A stretch of DNA of 64,000 nucleotides from an uncultured bacterium (GCA_963766885.1 CAVYBO010000002.1:528606-592605); one strand, 5' to 3'; numbered from the stretch's first letter, positions 8,512 through 18,022 are shown. Notes: generated from the letters alone by a model not told the origin. A program made the numbers and translations.

Positions 8512-9945
8512 CTAATTGACCTCGCTCGTCTCCTTCAACTTTCGAGCTTCCTCGAAGACGGGAGCGAACTCCTTCTCCATTTGCTCGGCCGCGGAATAGA
8601 TGAGCTCAATAGTGCGATCAACTTCAGCGACTTTGTACTGCCGCTGTTGTTCCCTCTTCTGCTCTTCGGCGGCCTGCTTCTGCTTGCGCTCGGTGTCGTC
8701 GCGATAGATCCATCCGTGAGAGTTCCAATCGGGGCACCGGAATCTTCCAGTGATCCCTTTCTTCACTTCATGGACGACTTGATCGAGATTGAGCACTGTC
8801 GGCTCGACGTTGCAGTGCTTCAGCGTTCCGTTGGTGGCGTAGGGCGCCTCCTGGAAACGATTCCACTCTGGGCAAGCTAGCACCGAATCGTGTGAGTATC
8901 GCTCCATATCAGTGAGAACTGACCGGCCGCGCAACTCGTTTTCCTTGTCGCGAAGGCGAGCGCAAACATCGCAGGAACACCAGTGTTTTCGGCGATCCAT
9001 GGCGATGTTGACGTTTCCGGTTTCGGGATTTTTGACAATCACGATTCCGAAACCACCTTTGTTAAGTGCTTCGCTTTGCACCCAGCGATTGTTTGTCACA
9101 ATCGCCAGAAGCGGCACGTCGCCGACACGGGTGTGATCCACCCACACGCTCTGCTCGCCATCTTGGAGATGCTTGCCATTTCTGACGCGCTTAATCTCCG
9201 CCTTGGCCTGCTCTTTAAGCGTGAGTGTGAAACCCATGGCCGCTTCGGCCATGCCGAGAAACCACTCGGCTTTCTTATCGCCGAAGTGTCTGCGAATGAG
9301 AATCACCGCAATACCAACGCAGAGCTGCCACCCCTTCTTATCGCCGTAGGATTCCAACAACTCGTCCTTCTCGGCAAGCTGGAAGTCCTCCCTGATCTGC
9401 GCTGCGTAAGCGAGTGCCGACCAGCCACGAACCTGTTCCTCGGAGTAAAGTTCGGTATCGTGAAGCTGCTTCACCATACCCGGGATTTCCTGCGCCATTT
9501 CGGTGCCATTCTTTTCTTCAAACAGCACCTCTCTCAAGGAACGCTTGATGGCGCGACGCTGGAGCTTATTAAGTCGGAGCTTAGAGACCATTTTGGTGGC
9601 TGCGCACTCCTTCCCATTGATCTCCTCGTGTTCGTCGAAGATATCGACGCGCGGTCCCTTTCCCACACCAACGAAGATCGTGTGAGGACCACCGATATTG
9701 CTGTCGGCGATGTGTTCGTCCGAACTGATATAACCAAACGAGGCCGCGCCGATCGCCGGAAAGGTCTTCGCCACCGCGTCTGGAAAGACACTGTTGATGG
9801 CAAAAATAAAATGCTCGTCGGCATCCATCCGAAGATGGCTGACAAAAAGGGTTACTTTGTTTCCTGGCACCCAGTGCCTGAAATTTTCTGCTGTCATTTT
9901 TTCTAACTCCTGCCTATGACTTGTGACTCTGGTCAATTTGCTCAA
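8512..9945 (-). CDS. MYG1/UPF0160-family metal-dependent hydrolase paralog with Cys-rich C-terminal extension (GC-rich, likely foreign)
   Basis: Aligns block by block with the 10900-11946 protein (H..DADE region, G.G..FDEH, NVEPT near the C-term). Local GC ~55% against ~35% background. Confidence 0.45.
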   Translation of the reverse strand: MSKLTRVTSHRQELEKMTAENFRHWVPGNKVTLFVSHLRMDADEHFIFAINSVFPDAVAKTFPAIGAASFGYISSDEHIADSNIGGPHTIFVGVGKGPRVDIFDEHEEINGKECAATKMVSKLRLNKLQRRAIKRSLREVLFEEKNGTEMAQEIPGMVKQLHDTELYSEEQVRGWSALAYAAQIREDFQLAEKDELLESYGDKKGWQLCVGIAVILIRRHFGDKKAEWFLGMAEAAMGFTLTLKEQAKAEIKRVRNGKHLQDGEQSVWVDHTRVGDVPLLAIVTNNRWVQSEALNKGGFGIVIVKNPETGNVNIAMDRRKHWCSCDVCARLRDKENELRGRSVLTDMERYSHDSVLACPEWNRFQEAPYATNGTLKHCNVEPTVLNLDQVVHEVKKGITGRFRCPDWNSHGWIYRDDTERKQKQAAEEQKREQQRQYKVAEVDRTIELIYSAAEQMEKEFAPVFEEARKLKETSEVN

Positions 9946-10130
9946 GTCGTGTGTATTTAGTCAACTAGTTTTTGCTAGCAGCATTTTAGAAAGAAAAAAT
10001 TCCGTTCAAAATGCTGCCAGCAGTCTGATTTCAAAGACCACTTTATTACTGGTATATTCTATCACATTTTTATCATAAAGTCAAACAAGAATACTCTTAT
10101 AAAATAAGCTTAAAATGCTATAATTTTTTC

Positions 10131-10898
10131 ATGAACGAGGACTTATATAAAGACTACGCCGAACAATGGACAGAAAGAATGCGTGCTGGTAAAAACATAG
10201 TTCACGACTACGTAGCAAAACCTGCTTTATATAAAACTCTTGGTGATCTAAAAAACAAAAAAGTTCTTTGCATTGGGTGTGGATCAGGCGAAGAATGCGC
10301 TTATATTAAATCTCAAGGAGCAAGTGAAGTTGTAGGCACAGATATATCTCCAGATTTTATTAGAATTGCAAAAGAAAGTTTTCCAGATATTGATTTTAAA
10401 GTAATGGATATGGAAAAACTTGTTTTGGAAAAAGGATATTTTGACATAGTAGTATCTAGTTTAACGATGCATTATGTACAGAATTGGAAAAAAACTTTGA
10501 GTGAGATAAAAAAAGTCCTTTCTGATAATGGCAGAGTAATCATTTCAACAAATCACCCAATTCGTTTTGGAGCGGAAGTCAAAAGAGAAAAAGAAAGAGA
10601 AATTTTTCTTTTAGGATATATACGATACAAAGATCCAAAATTATTTGGTGATGTTATAGGAGATTATCTAAATGAAAGAAAAATTGATGATATGTGGTTT
10701 AGAAATAAATTTGCAGTCACTTATTATCACAAGCCAATATCATCAATCTTTAATGAAATAAATGAAAGCGGTTTTGAAATAATAAATTTTTCAGAGCCAA
10801 AACCTGAAGAATGGGTTAAAAAAGAAAACGAAAGTTTCTATAATATCCACACAAAAATTCCCCTCTTCATGATTTTTGAATTGAAGAAGAAAATCTAA
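10131..10898 (+). CDS. Class I SAM-dependent methyltransferase
   Basis: Motif I VLCIGCGSGEE and acidic post-I residue. Confidence 0.65.
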   Translation: MNEDLYKDYAEQWTERMRAGKNIVHDYVAKPALYKTLGDLKNKKVLCIGCGSGEECAYIKSQGASEVVGTDISPDFIRIAKESFPDIDFKVMDMEKLVLEKGYFDIVVSSLTMHYVQNWKKTLSEIKKVLSDNGRVIISTNHPIRFGAEVKREKEREIFLLGYIRYKDPKLFGDVIGDYLNERKIDDMWFRNKFAVTYYHKPISSIFNEINESGFEIINFSEPKPEEWVKKENESFYNIHTKIPLFMIFELKKKI

Positions 10899-10899
10899 A

Positions 10900-11946
10900 T
10901 TACCTCAATCCCTCCTTTACAAGCTCAATCACTTTCTGGTGAGGAATTTTAGTCGGCTCCACATTTGAAGCAGTCAGGCTTCCATTAAATCCCATTGCTT
11001 TTGTATGGAAGAGATACCAAGTTGGAATTCCCTTTACAAATCCTTCTTTGGAAAGCTCTGTCCCATCTTTGACTTTTATCCCTCCCCTAAAATGCTGTTC
11101 GGCCAAGCGAAGCAAAACAAAAGCTTTTGATAAATCAATTTTTCTTTTTGTATCGGTCATTATCGAAACATTTCCGCGCGAAGTAAACTGCACAACTAAG
11201 TGCGCACCATTCGAGCGAGCATATTTATTCATCTCTTCGTTGTCAGATTCAATGTGTGCCACCATCAAAGGCTTTCCGTCCCACGCAATTATTTTTTCCA
11301 TTTTTCCTAATTCTCTAAATTCTTTTTTGGCCTTTTCAAATTGTTCTTGACGAAATTTTATTGCTTCATCAGCAAATTTTTTCCAATTTTCTGCTTCAGA
11401 ATTCCCCTCTTTTTTCAAAAGATCGAAAGTATTTTCCAAAGTTGGTCTTTGCCATTTGTCTTTTGGAGTTGAATCTTTTTCCTCTTTCAGAAAATCTGCA
11501 AAATAAGCAGTCTCTGTCCATTGGTATATTTTTTCTGCATCTGTTGAATACTGATGAATAAACTTAATCACCATCGGCAATTCGTTTTTGACTTTGGAAC
11601 CATGAAGATCTTCTTCTTTCAGAAAAAAAAGTGTTTTCTGCAAAGCCTCATCCCTATCAAGTCCCAAATACTTTGCCACAAGGGTTGCACATATTTCGCC
11701 TTCCACCCTTTCTTTTTGACTTGTGGCATGTTCATCAAACATCCCTCCGCCGCAACCCAAGAAAATGGTTTCCGGAAAATCATCAGCGGTCTTCCCTTCG
11801 GGTAATTCCCCGGTAGACAGAAAAGAAATCTTTGCAGTCGAAACTCCAGGAAACTTTTTCTCTCCTTCTGGAAACTTTTTTAAAAGCATCAAAGCCACCA
11901 GCTCGTCAGCATGAGGCCTAAAATGCGTGACAATTTCTTTAATCAT
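10900..11946 (-). CDS. MYG1/UPF0160-family metal-dependent hydrolase
   Basis: IVTHFRPHADELVALMLL, LGCGGGMFDEHATSQ and LFHTKAMGFNGSLT correspond to the MYG1 GTHNGTFHCDEALA, DVGGEYD..YDHHQ and FVHASGFIGGH blocks. Start placed at MIKEI so the CDS abuts tRNA-Pro. Confidence 0.55.
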   Translation of the reverse strand: MIKEIVTHFRPHADELVALMLLKKFPEGEKKFPGVSTAKISFLSTGELPEGKTADDFPETIFLGCGGGMFDEHATSQKERVEGEICATLVAKYLGLDRDEALQKTLFFLKEEDLHGSKVKNELPMVIKFIHQYSTDAEKIYQWTETAYFADFLKEEKDSTPKDKWQRPTLENTFDLLKKEGNSEAENWKKFADEAIKFRQEQFEKAKKEFRELGKMEKIIAWDGKPLMVAHIESDNEEMNKYARSNGAHLVVQFTSRGNVSIMTDTKRKIDLSKAFVLLRLAEQHFRGGIKVKDGTELSKEGFVKGIPTWYLFHTKAMGFNGSLTASNVEPTKIPHQKVIELVKEGLR

Positions 11947-12017
11947 TCGGAGTGCAGGGATTTGAACCCTGACTACATGCTCCCAAAGCATGGATGCTAC
12001 CGTTACACCACACTCCG
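11947..12017 (-). tRNA. tRNA-Pro (anticodon TGG)
   Basis: Reverse complement CGGAGTGTGGTGTAACGG...CATGC TTTGGGA GCATG...CAGGGTTCAAATCCCTGCACTCCGA. No CCA encoded. Confidence 0.8.
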
Positions 12018-12039
12018 TTAAAAATAGAGTCTAACATAA

Positions 12040-12417
12040 TTATTGTTCCAAAACCAAATCATCAATAAATTTCACTTTTGCCCTTTTATTTTTTTCATCA
12101 ATATAGACAATGCAAAGATCAAACTGCCAATCTTCCTTAATATTTTGATTAGACAGATAAACTTGAATCACTCTTGAAAGTCTCTTTAGCTTCCAAGAAT
12201 GTACGTTTTCTTCTGGCCTATAGTTGTTGTTATTCAGGTAGTCAAGATTTTCACGTGAAACCGCCTTAACTTCAACAAATCTTATAACTCCATCCTTTTT
12301 GGCAATAATATCAATTTCGCCATATCTTCTAAGGAAATTTCTTTCAATTACCTCAAATCCCTTGCCTACCAGGTATTTAACAGCAATATCCTCACCTAAC
12401 TTTCCGATCTTATTCAT
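12040..12417 (-). CDS. YraN-family (UPF0102) endonuclease
   Basis: GEDIAVKYLVGKGFEVIERNFLRRYGEIDIIAKKDGVIRFVEVK is the canonical YraN core. Confidence 0.75.
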   Translation of the reverse strand: MNKIGKLGEDIAVKYLVGKGFEVIERNFLRRYGEIDIIAKKDGVIRFVEVKAVSRENLDYLNNNNYRPEENVHSWKLKRLSRVIQVYLSNQNIKEDWQFDLCIVYIDEKNKRAKVKFIDDLVLEQ

Positions 12418-12424
12418 TTAAGCC

Positions 12425-12880
12425 TTATTTTATATAGTTTTTAATAAAGGACATTTGCTTTTTGTCTTTTACAAATTCTCTCACGTATTTATCCAAACCT
12501 TTTATTTTTAGTAATTTATCAACACTTACCCATTTATACTCAACATGTTCAGTACTTAATACAATTTTTATTGTTGAAGTTGCACGTGAAACATATGTCA
12601 ACCTGACAACATACTTCTCGAACTTAATTATATCCTGGGCAGCAATTATGGTAAAACCTTTAATATTCTTTAGTCCAGTTTCTTCATTTATCTCCCTTTT
12701 CAAATTAGAAATTAAACCAATATCTGCATTAATCCTACCTCCAGGAATATCCCATAAATCATTAACGTTTTTATAAAAGTTTTGATTCCTCTTCAAAATC
12801 AAAACCTCCTTATTTTTATTAATTATAAGGGCTTTAACTCCAACCTGGAGCACAATTTGGCTATTTTTTGATGTTTTCAC
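12425..12880 (-). CDS. NUDIX hydrolase
   Basis: Nudix box GGRINADIGLISNLKREINEETGL. Confidence 0.75.
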   Translation of the reverse strand: MKTSKNSQIVLQVGVKALIINKNKEVLILKRNQNFYKNVNDLWDIPGGRINADIGLISNLKREINEETGLKNIKGFTIIAAQDIIKFEKYVVRLTYVSRATSTIKIVLSTEHVEYKWVSVDKLLKIKGLDKYVREFVKDKKQMSFIKNYIK

Positions 12881-13108
12881 GTGAAAAGTTGTTATAAAAA
12901 CGTTTCTTAAGAAACACTACTCCTAATTCCCACTCTGTCCTTATCTTCCAACACTATTATGTAATTTAAGACATACTAAGGCAATGTCTTTTTTATGTCT
13001 TTTACACATATCCACTGAGTTATCCACAGTTTGGAGCTTGCCCTGCTTCATTTTCTAAAATTTTATCGAAATGTAAAGGTCAAAAATACATTCCTCAACA
13101 ATTATTAG

Positions 13109-13179
13109 TGCGGGTAGAGAGAATCGAACTCTCGTCTCGTCCTTGGCAAGGACGCATTCTACCACTAAACCATACCCGC
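13109..13179 (-). tRNA. tRNA-Gly (anticodon GCC)
   Basis: Reverse complement GCGGGTATGGTTTAGTGGTAGAATGCGTCC TTGCCAA GGACG...GGTTCGATTCTCTCTACCCGCA. No CCA encoded. Confidence 0.85.
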
Positions 13180-13226
13180 AAAGTCATAACATTTTAACAG
13201 AAAAAATATTTAACTCAAAACTAAAC

Positions 13227-13298
13227 TGCCCCCGGCAGGACTCGAACCCGCAACGACAGTTCCGAAGACTGTTGTGATATCCATTTCACCACGGAGGC
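13227..13298 (-). tRNA. tRNA-Arg (anticodon TCG)
   Basis: Reverse complement GCCTCCGTGGTGAAATGGATATCACA ACAGT CTTCGGA ACTGT CGTT GCGGGTTCGAGTCCTGC CGGGGGCA. Acceptor stem has a T4-G69 wobble. No CCA encoded. Confidence 0.75.
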
Positions 13299-13356
13299 GG
13301 AAACTAAAACATCATACCAGCTTAGTGAAAAAACAAAAATATAATACAATACCCAA

Positions 13357-14853
13357 ATGAATTCACCTGCAAATAACACTGATATATTTAATCTGCCGAA
13401 AGAAGCTCTTGATGCCCTAAAAGCGCTTGAAGACAAAGGGTTTGAAGCATATTTGATAGGTGGCTGTGTAAGAGACTTGTTTCTTGGCAGAAAGCCAAAG
13501 GACTGGGATATAACCACAAATGCCAGACCTGAAGAAATTCAAGGTTCGTTTGCAAATACTTTTTATGAAAATGATTTTGGAACAGTGGGAGTAGTTTTTG
13601 AAAACGCAGAAGATCCAACACTGAAAGTTATTGAAATCACACCATACAGAATTGAAGGGAAGTACTCCGATTTAAGACACCCTGACGAAGTAAAATTTTC
13701 AAAAAATCTGGAAGATGATTTAAAAAGACGCGATTTTACAATAAATGCAATTGCCTTAGGGGAGAGAAGCGGGAAATTTGAAATTGTAGATTTGTTTGGA
13801 GGTAAAAAAGATCTACAAAAGGAAATTATCAGAACAGTTGGCAATCCAACAGAAAGATTCCAAGAAGACGGCCTTAGAATTTTACGTGCAGTGCGAATTG
13901 CCACAGAACTTGGATTTTCTATAGATCCAGAAACAGAAAAAGCTATTCTTGAAAACGCTTCGCTTCTAAAAAGTATTTCCGCAGAGAGAATTAGGGAGGA
14001 ATTTGTACGCATTATTATGTCTGATTCTCCTATGCAAGGTCTGCTTTTATGCAAGAAATTAGGCCTTATTTCAGAAATTCTGCCTGAATTGGAAAAGGGA
14101 ATAGGCACCAAGCAAAATCAAGCTCATGCATACGATGTCTTTGAGCATTTAATGCGCACACTAGAACATTCTGCAAAGAAAAAATACTCTCTTGAGGTAC
14201 GTTTGGCAGCGATTTTTCACGACATTGGCAAACCGCCAACAAGAAATTTTTCAAAAGAGAAAAACGATTACACGTTTTACGGCCATGATGTTGTTGGAGC
14301 TAGAATTACAAAAAAAATTCTAGAAAGATTCAAATTTTCCAAAAAAATCATTGACGATGTTACAAAGCTGGTCAGATGGCATATGTTTTTTTCAGACACA
14401 GAAACAATTACTCTTTCTGCAGTAAGAAGGATGGTGCGAAACGTTGGACCAGAGCTAATTTGGGAGCTGATGAACGTGCGGACCTGCGACAGAATAGGCA
14501 CTGGCAGGCCAAAAGAGAGCCCTTACAGGCTGCGAAAGTACCATTCAATGATAGATGAGGCTCTTCGCGATCCAATATCTGTTTCACAGTTGAAAATTGG
14601 CGGGCAGGAGATAATCAACAAAACAGGAATCGCTCCTGGACCAAAAATTGGCTTTATTTTGCACATTTTACTAGACGAAGTTCTGGATGATCCATCAAAA
14701 AATACAGAAGAATATCTTGAAAAAAAATCTGCTGAATTAGCGAAAATGTCAGAAAAAGAAATAAAAATTCTAGGAGAAAAAGCGAAAGAGAGAAAAGAAA
14801 AAGACGAAGAGGAGGAAGTAAAAAAGATCAGAGGCAAGCACCACGTAGAGTAG
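13357..14853 (+). CDS. cca: CCA-adding tRNA nucleotidyltransferase with HD domain
   Basis: PolyA-polymerase head domain (GGCVRDLFLGRKPKDWDITT, RDFTINAIAL) plus HD domain (IFHDIGKP...H). Confidence 0.8.
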   Translation: MNSPANNTDIFNLPKEALDALKALEDKGFEAYLIGGCVRDLFLGRKPKDWDITTNARPEEIQGSFANTFYENDFGTVGVVFENAEDPTLKVIEITPYRIEGKYSDLRHPDEVKFSKNLEDDLKRRDFTINAIALGERSGKFEIVDLFGGKKDLQKEIIRTVGNPTERFQEDGLRILRAVRIATELGFSIDPETEKAILENASLLKSISAERIREEFVRIIMSDSPMQGLLLCKKLGLISEILPELEKGIGTKQNQAHAYDVFEHLMRTLEHSAKKKYSLEVRLAAIFHDIGKPPTRNFSKEKNDYTFYGHDVVGARITKKILERFKFSKKIIDDVTKLVRWHMFFSDTETITLSAVRRMVRNVGPELIWELMNVRTCDRIGTGRPKESPYRLRKYHSMIDEALRDPISVSQLKIGGQEIINKTGIAPGPKIGFILHILLDEVLDDPSKNTEEYLEKKSAELAKMSEKEIKILGEKAKERKEKDEEEEVKKIRGKHHVE

Positions 14854-15261
14854 TAGTGGAAAGAAAATTGTTTTGAAGCTCTAAAAAAAGTATTTTCTTA
14901 TTGCCTAATAAACCGAAAGGCCGCCCAACTAAGGCGGATTGCATCAATTAAAGAAAGCTGCATCCGCCGCAGTGAAGCGGCCAAGCGCCGAAGCGCGAGA
15001 TTTTTGAAGTTGTGTAGAAGAGAAGATGAGTGTCAAGATCTTGAAGCTTGAATCCAAAAAAGATAAAAGTTTTAAAATATTGAGAATTCGCTTCGTAATC
15101 TACGAAACAAAACTTTCTTCATAATATCCTTCAAAAATATAAATGTACTTTTGCCGAAAAATAGATTTGAAATCGGCAACTAAGAATATTGTATTCCTTT
15201 AAAAGGACAGAGTAAAGGACAGTTATCCACATATTGTCCTTTATAAAAGACACCTATTTAT

Positions 15262-16059
15262 TTACAAATCGATATCTAAAAGAACAGGGCAGTGGTCAGA
15301 ACCCATTATTTGGCTTAATATTTCGGTTTTTTTTACTTTTTTATTTAGACTTGAAGAAACAAAAAGGTAATCTATTCTCCACCCAACATTGCGAGCGCGA
15401 GCTTGCGCAAAGTGACTCCACCAACTGTAATGACCGTTGCCTTTTGTAAAAATTCTAAACGTATCAATAAACCCAGCGTCAATAAATTTCTGAATTCCTT
15501 CGCGCTCTTCACTTGTAAAACCTTTTTTGCCAGTATTTTCTTTTGGCCGCGCAAGATCATCTGGAGTATGAGCAACGTTTAAATCTCCGCCAAAAATTAC
15601 AGGTTTGGTTTTTTCTAATATCTGCATATATTCAAGAAAAGCAATATCCCACGATTTGTGACGAAGAGGAATCCGACTCAAATCATCCTTGGCATTGGGA
15701 GTATAAACAGAAACTGCAAAGAACTTATCAAACTCTGCCACTATTACTCGGCCTTCTTTGTTTGGATCTCCGTAAATATCTTTTGAAAATTTGTATTTTT
15801 TTGCCAAGTCTTCTGGAATATTTAGAAAAACATTTTTGGGCTTGGTTTTGGAGAAAATCGCTGTGCCGCTGTAGCCTTTTTTGTCTGCAGAATTCCAAAA
15901 TTCCTCATAATTTGCAAGCTTGATTTCAGATTGATACTTCTCGGCTTTGGTTTCCTGCAAACACAAAATATCTGGCTTGTATTCATCAATAAAAGATACA
16001 AAAAGGTCCTTTTTGTGAACCGCCCGAATGCCATTTACATTCCAAGAAATAATTCTCAT
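15262..16059 (-). CDS. xth: Exodeoxyribonuclease III
   Basis: MRIISWNVNGIRA...LCLQETK...GDLNVAHTPDDL...SDHCPV. Full set of ExoIII/APE1 motifs. Confidence 0.85.
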   Translation of the reverse strand: MRIISWNVNGIRAVHKKDLFVSFIDEYKPDILCLQETKAEKYQSEIKLANYEEFWNSADKKGYSGTAIFSKTKPKNVFLNIPEDLAKKYKFSKDIYGDPNKEGRVIVAEFDKFFAVSVYTPNAKDDLSRIPLRHKSWDIAFLEYMQILEKTKPVIFGGDLNVAHTPDDLARPKENTGKKGFTSEEREGIQKFIDAGFIDTFRIFTKGNGHYSWWSHFAQARARNVGWRIDYLFVSSSLNKKVKKTEILSQIMGSDHCPVLLDIDL

Positions 16060-16229
16060 AAAATAATTTTATCATATATCTAAATTGCCCTTGCACTTCT
16101 ATTGATTTTGTGTAGAATCTATTGCGGAGTTTGATGGCTTAGCACTTACGTTTAGCCAACTCTTTTTTGAAAATTGAATCAGGAAACACTTATGTCCCGT
16201 AACCGCAGTCCAACAAGATACTACCATAT

Positions 16230-16650
16230 ATGATCACACCAGATTCCGACGCTTTTGCGGCCGGCAAACTGGCCGAGCGCCGCGAGGCAATGAGAGCGAA
16301 GCCCCGAACCCGAAGAAAGGATATTGAGACGGTGTTGTGCCACCGAGGCTCCGATCTGCCATTCCCCAGATTCTCTCGGTCTGCAAGTCCAACGCCGAAA
16401 GCCTGATTTTCAGGCCCAATGCTGACATCCTCCGTGAGTTGTCGCGTGCATTCGAACTCACTCCAAGCTCCAGTTAAATATCGGCACCGAAGAAAAGCCT
16501 GACATCGTCAGCATTTACTACCTTGGCAACGTGGAAAGCATCGGCGATGATGTCATCGCCATAGTTCCGTACAGCGTCGCCAGCGAGGAGTGGGCAGTGT
16601 GGGCCGCCCAGAACGCGACCCTTTACCCTCAAGAAGAGGCGGCGGCCTAA
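16230..16650 (+). pseudogene. Decayed high-GC coding fragment (foreign gene remnant)
   Basis: GC ~57% over ~450 bp in a 35% GC genome. Coding-like translation in shifting frames (58-aa ORF MITPDSDAFAAGKLAERREAMRAKPRTRRK..., then ...TEEKPDIVSIYYLGNVESIGDDVIAIVPYSVASEEWAVWAAQNATLYPQEEAAA) broken by stops. Confidence 0.35.
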
Positions 16651-16723
16651 GGCCTAAGCCGCACCCCAAACACAAGTTCATTTCACAAGCCCCCGAAACT
16701 AAACATTTCGCAGGGTAATTTTT

Positions 16724-17656
16724 TTATTTATTGCCGCTGTGGAATTTTTTGTGAATATTGTGTAGTTGCTTGTCTGTAACGTGAGTATAAATCTGCGTTG
16801 TGTTTATGTTTGCGTGCCCCAAAAGCATTTGGACTGATCGCAAATCAGCGCCGTTTTGAAGCAAATCCGTGGCAAAAACATGCCTAATAACGTGTGGGGT
16901 AACTCTTCCTGTAATACCTGCAATCATTGCGTATTTCTTTACAATTCTTTCTACCGAACTTCTATCAAGATTACCATCCCCTTTTTTAATCTCCCTTTTT
17001 TTTGTAGAAATTCTAGTGAAAAGCGCGCCGCCCAAATCTTTACGCAAATTCATATATTCCTTTAAAACTTTTTTGGCATTCCCTGAAACAAAAACTACGC
17101 GGATTTTTCCTCCTTTTCCCCTCACAGAAAGCTCATCTGAAGAAAGGTCTATGTCTCTTGGAAGAGAACAAAGTTCGGAGACTCTAAGTCCTGTGGAAAA
17201 AAGCATTTCCATTATAGCCTTGTCCCTGGCTCTCATTTCGGGATTTTTTTCCATTTTAGGGGCTTCCAGAAGGCGACTGAGTTCAGAGCTTGAGATAACG
17301 TCAATTGACCTTTCGGGCACTTTGGCCAGATCAATTTGGTCGGCTGAAACAAGTGTTTCTATTTTTCTCTTTGAAAGATATTTCAAAAAAACCCTTAGAG
17401 TAATCATGTAATAATTCTGGGTTTTTTTGCTCATTGTTTCGTTTGTGCATTGTTGTGGACGGCCAGGCTGGCGATTTAGCCACAAACGAAACTCCCGAAT
17501 AAATTTTCATTTAATATCTTTCGGTGATTTTATATTTCCGAATTCAAAAAATTTGGTCAAATAACCTTCATAATTTTCAATAGTTCTAAGCGCTCTGCCT
17601 TTTTCTATCTCCAAATATTCAAGAAACTGTCTTTTGAGAGTGTATATGTCGTTCAT
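16724..17656 (-). pseudogene. Tyrosine recombinase (XerC/XerD-like) interrupted by an in-frame TGA
   Basis: Catalytic domain with HVIRHVFATDLL and LLGHANINTTQIYTHV. The N-terminal core-binding segment MNDIYTLKRQFLEYLEIEKGRALRTIENYEGYL... (ATG at 17656) is in the same frame but separated by TGA at 17507-17509. A downstream TTG (17485) could restart a truncated 253-aa product. Confidence 0.6.
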
Positions 17657-17755
17657 ACAAGAATTCTACCACGTCGCACAATATTTTGAAGTAATAATCA
17701 GAATTTATTATGAAATATTGCAAAAAAGAGCCTTTTATGCTATTGTTGCCCAACG

Positions 17756-18022
17756 ATGCTTACAAAGACAAAGAAAACAAAAATCATAAAAGAAGCCAGA
17801 ATTCACGACAAAGACACAGGATCTCCTGAAGTTCAGATTGGCGTGCTTACAAAAAGAATTGAAGAGCTTGCAGATCATCTAAAAAAGCACAAAAAAGACT
17901 TTCACTCAAGAAAGGGACTTCTTCAGCTTGTGGCAGATCGCCAAAAGCATATGCGTTACCTAAGAGGAAAAAATCCAAAAAGGTATGAGGTTGTGGCAAA
18001 GAAATTTGATTTGAAGAAGTAA
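17756..18022 (+). CDS. rpsO: 30S ribosomal protein S15
   Basis: 88 aa with GSPEVQIGVLTKRIEELADHLKKHKKDFHSRKGLL. Confidence 0.9.
   Translation: MLTKTKKTKIIKEARIHDKDTGSPEVQIGVLTKRIEELADHLKKHKKDFHSRKGLLQLVADRQKHMRYLRGKNPKRYEVVAKKFDLKK

Noticed and set aside
8983-9906. 307-aa plus-strand ORF
   Set aside because: Antisense to the 8512-9945 MYG1-like gene. Long stop-free antisense frames are expected in high-GC DNA.
13027-13035. Extra perfect DnaA-box 9-mers (13027-13035 upstream of the NUDIX gene, and 15222-15230)
   Set aside because: About one perfect 9-mer is expected by chance in 64 kb on two strands. With no clustering or AT-rich unwinding element, these are not called origins or regulatory sites.
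13221-13517. 98-aa minus-strand ORF
   Set aside because: Overlaps tRNA-Arg and the cca start, so it is not a separate gene.
13563-14111. 182-aa minus-strand ORF
   Set aside because: Lies entirely inside and antisense to the well-supported cca gene.
16230-16700. High-GC block as a structured RNA (RNase P RNA, tmRNA, SRP RNA)
   Set aside because: None of the conserved motifs of these RNAs (e.g. GGAAAGTCCGGGCT for RNase P RNA) were found on either strand. The translation looks protein-like, so it is called a decayed gene fragment, with an Rfam scan noted as the decisive check.
16869-17411. 180-aa plus-strand ORF
   Set aside because: Antisense to the tyrosine recombinase catalytic domain, with Ser/Leu-rich low-complexity translation.
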